Shown in pieces: positions 59,221 through 64,000 of a stretch of 64,000 nucleotides of DNA. The notes under the pieces were generated by a model. It searched no databases. It was not told the DNA's origin and saw nothing but the letters and a program-made list of their open reading frames with translations. Within the stretch, counting starts at the first letter, position 1; every line of letters begins with the position of its first letter. Origin of the DNA: Spirochaetia bacterium (GTDB lineage Bacteria > Spirochaetota > Spirochaetia > SZUA-6 > Bin103); the NCBI GenBank assembly GCA_965203055.1, contig OZ241863.1, forward strand, positions 1,856,001 through 1,920,000, read 5' to 3'. The position numbers and the translations under genes are program-made.

Positions 59221-59876
59221 GGCGCGGCGCGGGGCGCCGCAGCCGCCTCCACGCTGCGCGCGGCGAAGTCGTTCCACGCCGCGGCCAGCTCCGCGTTGCG
59301 CCGGAACAGCTCGCGCAGCGCGTCCCACATCCGGTTGCGCGCGGCGCCGGCGGCCGCCTCGTCGCCGGCGGCCAATGCCGCGCGGTAACGGTCGAGCTGC
59401 TCCTGCTGCACGGCCGCGGCGGCGGCCGCGGCCTGGGCTACGGCGGCCGCCGCGGCGCTCTGCCGGCCCGCCAACTCGGCGTCGGGCGTGGTGCGGTCCG
59501 GCGTCTGGTCGTAGGCCGCGGCCGCGGCGAAGCGCGGCGGTTGCCGGGTGCCGTCCTCATTCCAGAAGGTGTGGGTAGGCTGAACGTGCGGGCTGACTGC
59601 GAGGAACATGATCACCTCGTCATCCCCCACGTTGCGCACGGTGTGATACTGGCCGCTGAGCGCGATGCAAAATTGGCCGGGGCCGAGCACCGCGCGGCGG
59701 CCGTCGACGGCGAACTCCGCCCGCCCCTGCAACATGAGGAAGATCTCGTGGCCGAGGTCGTGGGTATGGCCGGCGTTGCACTGCCCGAGCGCCATCTTCA
59801 GAAAGCGGCAGCGGAGCTGCGGCGTCACCAGCACGTTGGCGAGGTCGGTACGGTAGTCGTACACCTTCAGGCTCAT
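59217..59876 (-). CDS. Cupin domain protein
   Basis: 'HTHDLGHEIFLMLQG', 'HTVRNVG'. Confidence 0.8.
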   Translation of the reverse strand: MSLKVYDYRTDLANVLVTPQLRCRFLKMALGQCNAGHTHDLGHEIFLMLQGRAEFAVDGRRAVLGPGQFCIALSGQYHTVRNVGDDEVIMFLAVSPHVQPTHTFWNEDGTRQPPRFAAAAAYDQTPDRTTPDAELAGRQSAAAAAVAQAAAAAAAVQQEQLDRYRAALAAGDEAAAGAARNRMWDALRELFRRNAELAAAWNDFAARSVEAAAAPRAAP

Positions 59877-59928
59877 CGCTCTCCCCCCGCGCGCGGCGCG
59901 CAGCCCCCTGCCGGGCCGGTCGCCGCCA

Positions 59929-60756
59929 TCACTCCGGCCTGGCCGCGGCGTCCGCGAACAGGGACGGGAACCAGGTACCGGGGTTGGCCGGCTCGCGCAA
60001 CAGAATCTGCTGGCGCGGCGTGAGCGGCGCCGCGGCCGGCGGCTGCACGCGGCGCGCCGACCAGGCAAGATGCGACTGGCAGTACTTGTAGAGCAGGGCG
60101 CGGCGCCGGTGGGCGCCGGTCCACGGCGCGGTGCCGTGGGTCAATGCTTCGGAGAACAGCACCACCGATCCCGCCGGCGCCTCCGGCACCACCACGCCGG
60201 GCGCCAGGGCGTCCCCCTGCAGCAGCTTCCAGCGCCCCTGGTTCACGGTCGGAATCGCGTCCGGGCGGATGAAGTTGCTCTTGTGGCTGCCCGGAACGCA
60301 GCAGAACCCGCCATGCTCCGGCCCGGCGTCCGCCAGGTTCCACGCCACCACCGTAAAGCCGTTGTGAATCTTCCCGCCGCGCACGTGATAGTACTCGGCC
60401 GGCGAATAGGGGGCGTTGCCGCCGTGCAGTTCGCCGCCCTCCATGCCGGCTTCCATGTTGATGCCGTACAGGCGGTCGAGCCGGAACCAGTCGCCCAGGG
60501 TGAGCTGCAGCAGCGGCATGATCCGCGGGTGGTCGAGCAGATCGCAGAACGGCTTGCCCCAGTCGAGGAATCCGGGGCCGGCCGGCGCGCCCCCGGCGGC
60601 CGACCCGAAGCGGGTCCGGGCGCGCGGCGGCGGCAACTGCCGGGCATCGATGAGGCGGTTCAACTCCTCCAGTTCGGCGCGGCCGAGGACGTCGGGAATC
60701 ACCACGAACCCCGTCAGGTCGAACAGATAGCGCTGCAGATCCAGCTCGTGGTCCAT
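59929..60756 (-). CDS. Phytanoyl-CoA dioxygenase (PhyH) family protein
   Basis: 'GGFCCVPGSHK', 'GSVVLFSEALTHG', 'RR' motif. Confidence 0.85.
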   Translation of the reverse strand: MDHELDLQRYLFDLTGFVVIPDVLGRAELEELNRLIDARQLPPPRARTRFGSAAGGAPAGPGFLDWGKPFCDLLDHPRIMPLLQLTLGDWFRLDRLYGINMEAGMEGGELHGGNAPYSPAEYYHVRGGKIHNGFTVVAWNLADAGPEHGGFCCVPGSHKSNFIRPDAIPTVNQGRWKLLQGDALAPGVVVPEAPAGSVVLFSEALTHGTAPWTGAHRRRALLYKYCQSHLAWSARRVQPPAAAPLTPRQQILLREPANPGTWFPSLFADAAARPE

Positions 60757-60770
60757 CGTTCCTCCCCGGC

Positions 60771-62279
60771 TCAGGTCCGGCCGCCGCGCGCCAGCCGGAA
60801 GGCGTGCTCCTCGGCGCGCAGCGCCGCCGCGCCGTTGCCGCCGCTGGCGCGCAACTGCGCCACGCTGCGCACCGGCAGGCGGGCCGCGCCTTCCCAGTCA
60901 CGAGTTGGCAGGCGCGGGCCGCTCCGCCGCGCCTCGGCCGCGGCGATGGCCGCGCCGTACTGCGGCAGCCACCGGCGCTGCGCCAGCAGCAGGTCGTCTA
61001 CGAGCTGCCACACCTCCGGCGGCGTCGCCACGGCGCCGGCCAGCGGATCGAGCAGCATCGCCTGCCGCAGCAGCGTATCGTCGCCGGTCACCGCCGCCGC
61101 CACCGCCAGGCGCTGCACCGCCACGCTGGCGTTGCACACCGCGGCGCAGCCGAGCGGCAGCTCGCCCACCAATGGGACGTTGATGCCGGTGCGGTCCACG
61201 TAGCCGGGCACTTCGACCACCGCGTCGGCCGGCAGGTTGGCGATGGCGCCGCGGTTCTTCACGTTGAAGTGGCCGCGGTAGGTGCGCCCGGTCTCCAACC
61301 CCTCGACGATGTAGGAACCATGCTCCGCGGAGCGCTCCTCCGGCGTGAACCGCATCGGCGGCTCGGCCATCCAGCGCGGAAAATCCTCCTCGAACCAGTT
61401 GCGCTTCTCGCTGCACACCCGCAGGTAGCCGCCGGTCTCGCCGTGGATCCAGGTGTCGAGGCTGATCCAGTCGCGAATCTCCGCAGGCCGCTTGCGGTAC
61501 CAGGGGAGGTACTCGCTCAGGTGGCCGTTGGACTCGGTGGAGTAGTAGCCGAAGCGGCGCAGCACGTCGATGCGCACCTTCTCGGTCTCCCGATACTTGG
61601 GGTTCCGCTCGTAGGCGGCGAGCAAGTCGCCGGTCAGGTCCTTGCCGCGGTGGCGGAGCCGGACGAACCAGGTCTGGTGGTTGATGCCGGCGGCGACGAA
61701 GTCCAGTTCCTGCTGCGGTACGCCGAGCACCTCGGCGATTTGCCGGTGGCCGCCCTGCACGCCGTGACACAGGCCGATGGTCTCCACCCCGCCATGATCG
61801 TTGGCGGCCCAGGTGAGCATGGCCATCGGGTTGGCGTAGTTGAACAGCCGGCACCCCGGCTCCGCGGCCTCGCGCACGTCGCGGCAGATGTCCAGGATCA
61901 CCGGAATGCCGCGCTGGCCGTACATGATGCCCCCGGGCGCCAGGGTATCGCCCACGCATTGGTCGATTCCGTACCGTAGCGGCACGTCTATGTCGGAGGC
62001 GAACGCCTCGACGCCGCCCACGCGCACGGTGCAGAACACGTAGCGAGCGCCCGCTATGGCGGCGCGGCGGTCGGTGGTGGCGCTCAGCTTGACCTGATCC
62101 AGCCCGTTGGCGCGTATGTCCCGGGCCGCCAACCGGTGGATCATGTCGAGGTTGGAGGCGCTGATGTCGGACAGCGCCACCTCCAGCGAGGCGAATTCCG
62201 GGACCGTGAGAAGATCGCCGAGCAGCTTGCGGGTAAACCCGATGCTGCCGGCGCCGACGAAGGCAATCTTGAACGACAT
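60771..62279 (-). CDS. melA: Glycoside hydrolase family 4 alpha-galactosidase (MelA-like)
   Basis: 'GAGS', 'QCVGDT', 'NYANP', 'GLCHG', 'GINH', 'TESNGHLSEY'. Confidence 0.85.
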   Translation of the reverse strand: MSFKIAFVGAGSIGFTRKLLGDLLTVPEFASLEVALSDISASNLDMIHRLAARDIRANGLDQVKLSATTDRRAAIAGARYVFCTVRVGGVEAFASDIDVPLRYGIDQCVGDTLAPGGIMYGQRGIPVILDICRDVREAAEPGCRLFNYANPMAMLTWAANDHGGVETIGLCHGVQGGHRQIAEVLGVPQQELDFVAAGINHQTWFVRLRHRGKDLTGDLLAAYERNPKYRETEKVRIDVLRRFGYYSTESNGHLSEYLPWYRKRPAEIRDWISLDTWIHGETGGYLRVCSEKRNWFEEDFPRWMAEPPMRFTPEERSAEHGSYIVEGLETGRTYRGHFNVKNRGAIANLPADAVVEVPGYVDRTGINVPLVGELPLGCAAVCNASVAVQRLAVAAAVTGDDTLLRQAMLLDPLAGAVATPPEVWQLVDDLLLAQRRWLPQYGAAIAAAEARRSGPRLPTRDWEGAARLPVRSVAQLRASGGNGAAALRAEEHAFRLARGGRT

Positions 62280-62352
62280 GGCGCGGCTGCTCCTTACGGC
62301 ACCGTAAGCGATTGCCCGCCAACGCGCAAGATTCCCGCGGTCAGCCGGCGGC

Positions 62353-63678
62353 CTAGGGGAGCCAGCTTGGGGAGCGGCCGGTCAGGGGGGAGCCGACCAG
62401 GGTGTCGCCGGCGGTGTCCCACAGCACCACCTCGGCCGGCACGCCGGCCGCTTCCAGGGCGATCCGGTGGAACGCGAGATAGCGCCCGTCGGCGCTCCAC
62501 TGCGCGGGGCCGTGGTCGACCGCGGTGTCGCGGGTGAGCTGCCGCGCCGTGCCGTCGCTCTCCACCAGCCACACCTGACCGCCGCCGCCGGCGCCGGGAA
62601 CCCGCCGCAGCACGCTCGTGCGCCCGCCATCGGGCGCCCAGCGCACGCCCCACTCTTCGAACCGGCTCTGCGGGGCGTCGAGCGTGAGCGAGGCGAGATC
62701 CAAGGTCACCAGACGGGTGCGGAAGTGGTCGTCGTTCAGGTCCACGTCGGTCACGAACAGCTTGCTGCCGTCTCGATTCCACACCGGCGGTTCCCCGGTG
62801 CGGCTCGGAACGAACGTCGTGGACGCATCGCTCAGCCGCGTCAGGCGGATCCCGTTTTCCAGCGGCGCCACCCACGCCAGCCACGCGCCGTCGGGTGACC
62901 AGCGCGGTTCGAAGCCGACGTAGCTGAGGTCTTCCAACACCGGCCGCACCCTGCCGTCGCGCGTATCCAGCAGATACACCCGCGGCGGCCCCGGCAGGGT
63001 GCGGCGGGCGAACGCGACCGCGCCGCCGGCGGGCGACCAGCGCGGGCTGAAGCAGTCGTCGCTGCCGCAATCCAGCAGGCGGGCGCCGCGCCCGTCGCGC
63101 CCGACGGTGAACAGATCGTTGCCGTGCCGGTCGCGCGGCGCGGAGTAGACGATGGCCGCGGCGTCGCCCGCCACGTGATAGTCCCACACCCCCTCCGGCT
63201 GCTCGGTGAGTTGTTGCGGGGCGCCGCCGGTCAAGCCGGCGCTGAACAGTTGGTCGCGGCCCGCGGCGTCGGGTGCCAGATAGACGACCGCCGGCGCCGC
63301 GGTGGTGAACTGCCAGCGCAACGCCCGCAGCAGGAGCCGGTTCTGGGCGCTGGCGAGCCCGGCGTCGACCTCGACCGTGTAGGTGACCGCGGGCTGCAAC
63401 GGGCGCAGTGGCCGCAGCGTCACCGCCCGCGTCGACCAGATCAGCTCCACCGGCGTGTCGGGCGTCACGCGCGCCGGCGCCGCGGCCCGGGCCGGCGGTA
63501 CCATCGGCTGATCGAACAGCACCCGGGGCCGGACCCGCGTCGACACCTGCGCCGCGTCCGCCGGCGGCCACACTTCGACCACCCGCACGCCGACGCGGTC
63601 GCCGAGCAACACCAATACCGTGGCGGCGGCCGCCAGCAGCGCCAGCGCCGCCAGCACCAGGCGATCGAAGGTGGTCAC
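62353..63678 (-). CDS. Membrane-anchored Ig-like domain plus TolB-like beta-propeller protein
   Basis: N-terminal TM, 'FDQPM...YTVEV...WQFTT', repeated 'WSPDG'. Confidence 0.75.
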   Translation of the reverse strand: MTTFDRLVLAALALLAAAATVLVLLGDRVGVRVVEVWPPADAAQVSTRVRPRVLFDQPMVPPARAAAPARVTPDTPVELIWSTRAVTLRPLRPLQPAVTYTVEVDAGLASAQNRLLLRALRWQFTTAAPAVVYLAPDAAGRDQLFSAGLTGGAPQQLTEQPEGVWDYHVAGDAAAIVYSAPRDRHGNDLFTVGRDGRGARLLDCGSDDCFSPRWSPAGGAVAFARRTLPGPPRVYLLDTRDGRVRPVLEDLSYVGFEPRWSPDGAWLAWVAPLENGIRLTRLSDASTTFVPSRTGEPPVWNRDGSKLFVTDVDLNDDHFRTRLVTLDLASLTLDAPQSRFEEWGVRWAPDGGRTSVLRRVPGAGGGGQVWLVESDGTARQLTRDTAVDHGPAQWSADGRYLAFHRIALEAAGVPAEVVLWDTAGDTLVGSPLTGRSPSWLP

Positions 63679-63695
63679 CGCGCCCGGTACTCCGC

Positions 63696-64000
63696 TCAGT
63701 AGTAGAGATAGGGCTGGGCGGGCTGCTCGGCGGGCGTCACCGCGCCGGCGATCAGCACCGGCACCCGCTCGTCGAGGAAGGTCTCGACCGCGAATTCGCC
63801 GTCCACCCACACCCACGCATCGTCGTCCAGAAAGTCGGCGTCCGGCCAGCGCACCGCCAGCCCGATCGGGGCCGCGTCCGCCACGCAACAGCTCAGCAGA
63901 AAGCGGCTCACCAGGAAGGAACCGGCGGGAAAGCGTTCGTCACGGTACACGAAGCCGCGCACCCGGGCGGCCTGGCCGGCAAACCGGCTCAGATCGTCGG
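63696..64000 (-). CDS. TIGR03943/YcgQ-like protein, 5'-truncated
   Basis: 'GFVY', 'RFLLSCCVADA', 'PAQPYLY'. Confidence 0.8.
   Translation of the reverse strand, partial: DDLSRFAGQAARVRGFVYRDERFPAGSFLVSRFLLSCCVADAAPIGLAVRWPDADFLDDDAWVWVDGEFAVETFLDERVPVLIAGAVTPAEQPAQPYLYY

Overview
GC-rich bacterial chromosome segment; 'WAGGQEE/FATGADEE'-type solute-binding-protein N-termini hint at a high-GC spirochaete, possibly host-associated (inference only). Bases 1-15.8 kb hold a type I-G (I-U) CRISPR-Cas locus: partial csb2, cas3 with C-terminal HD domain, a small cas8g/csb3-like gene, and separate cas4, cas1 and cas2 that look type I-C-like. A 37-bp-repeat array follows (81 repeats by my manual count). 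It is split 59+22 by a 3250-bp IS21-family element inserted at a spacer/repeat junction. That IS carries an unexplained small cargo gene flanked by palindromes inside a duplicated cassette. The last repeat supplies the stop codon of a convergent membrane-protein gene. At 19.2-23.9 kb an IS256 is nested in an IS1380, which is inserted in a deleted HEPN-like pseudogene. At 35.3-37.7 kb a lower-GC islet includes a lipoprotein/metalloprotease gene frameshifted at a C21 tract. The remainder is catabolic and transport genes (sulfatase, dehydrogenases, aldolases, MetF/methyltransferase cluster, two paralogous ATPase-less peptide-type ABC operons, GH32, GH4, TauD, PhyH) and two more HEPN modules. All calls come from motif recognition by eye; no database searches were run.
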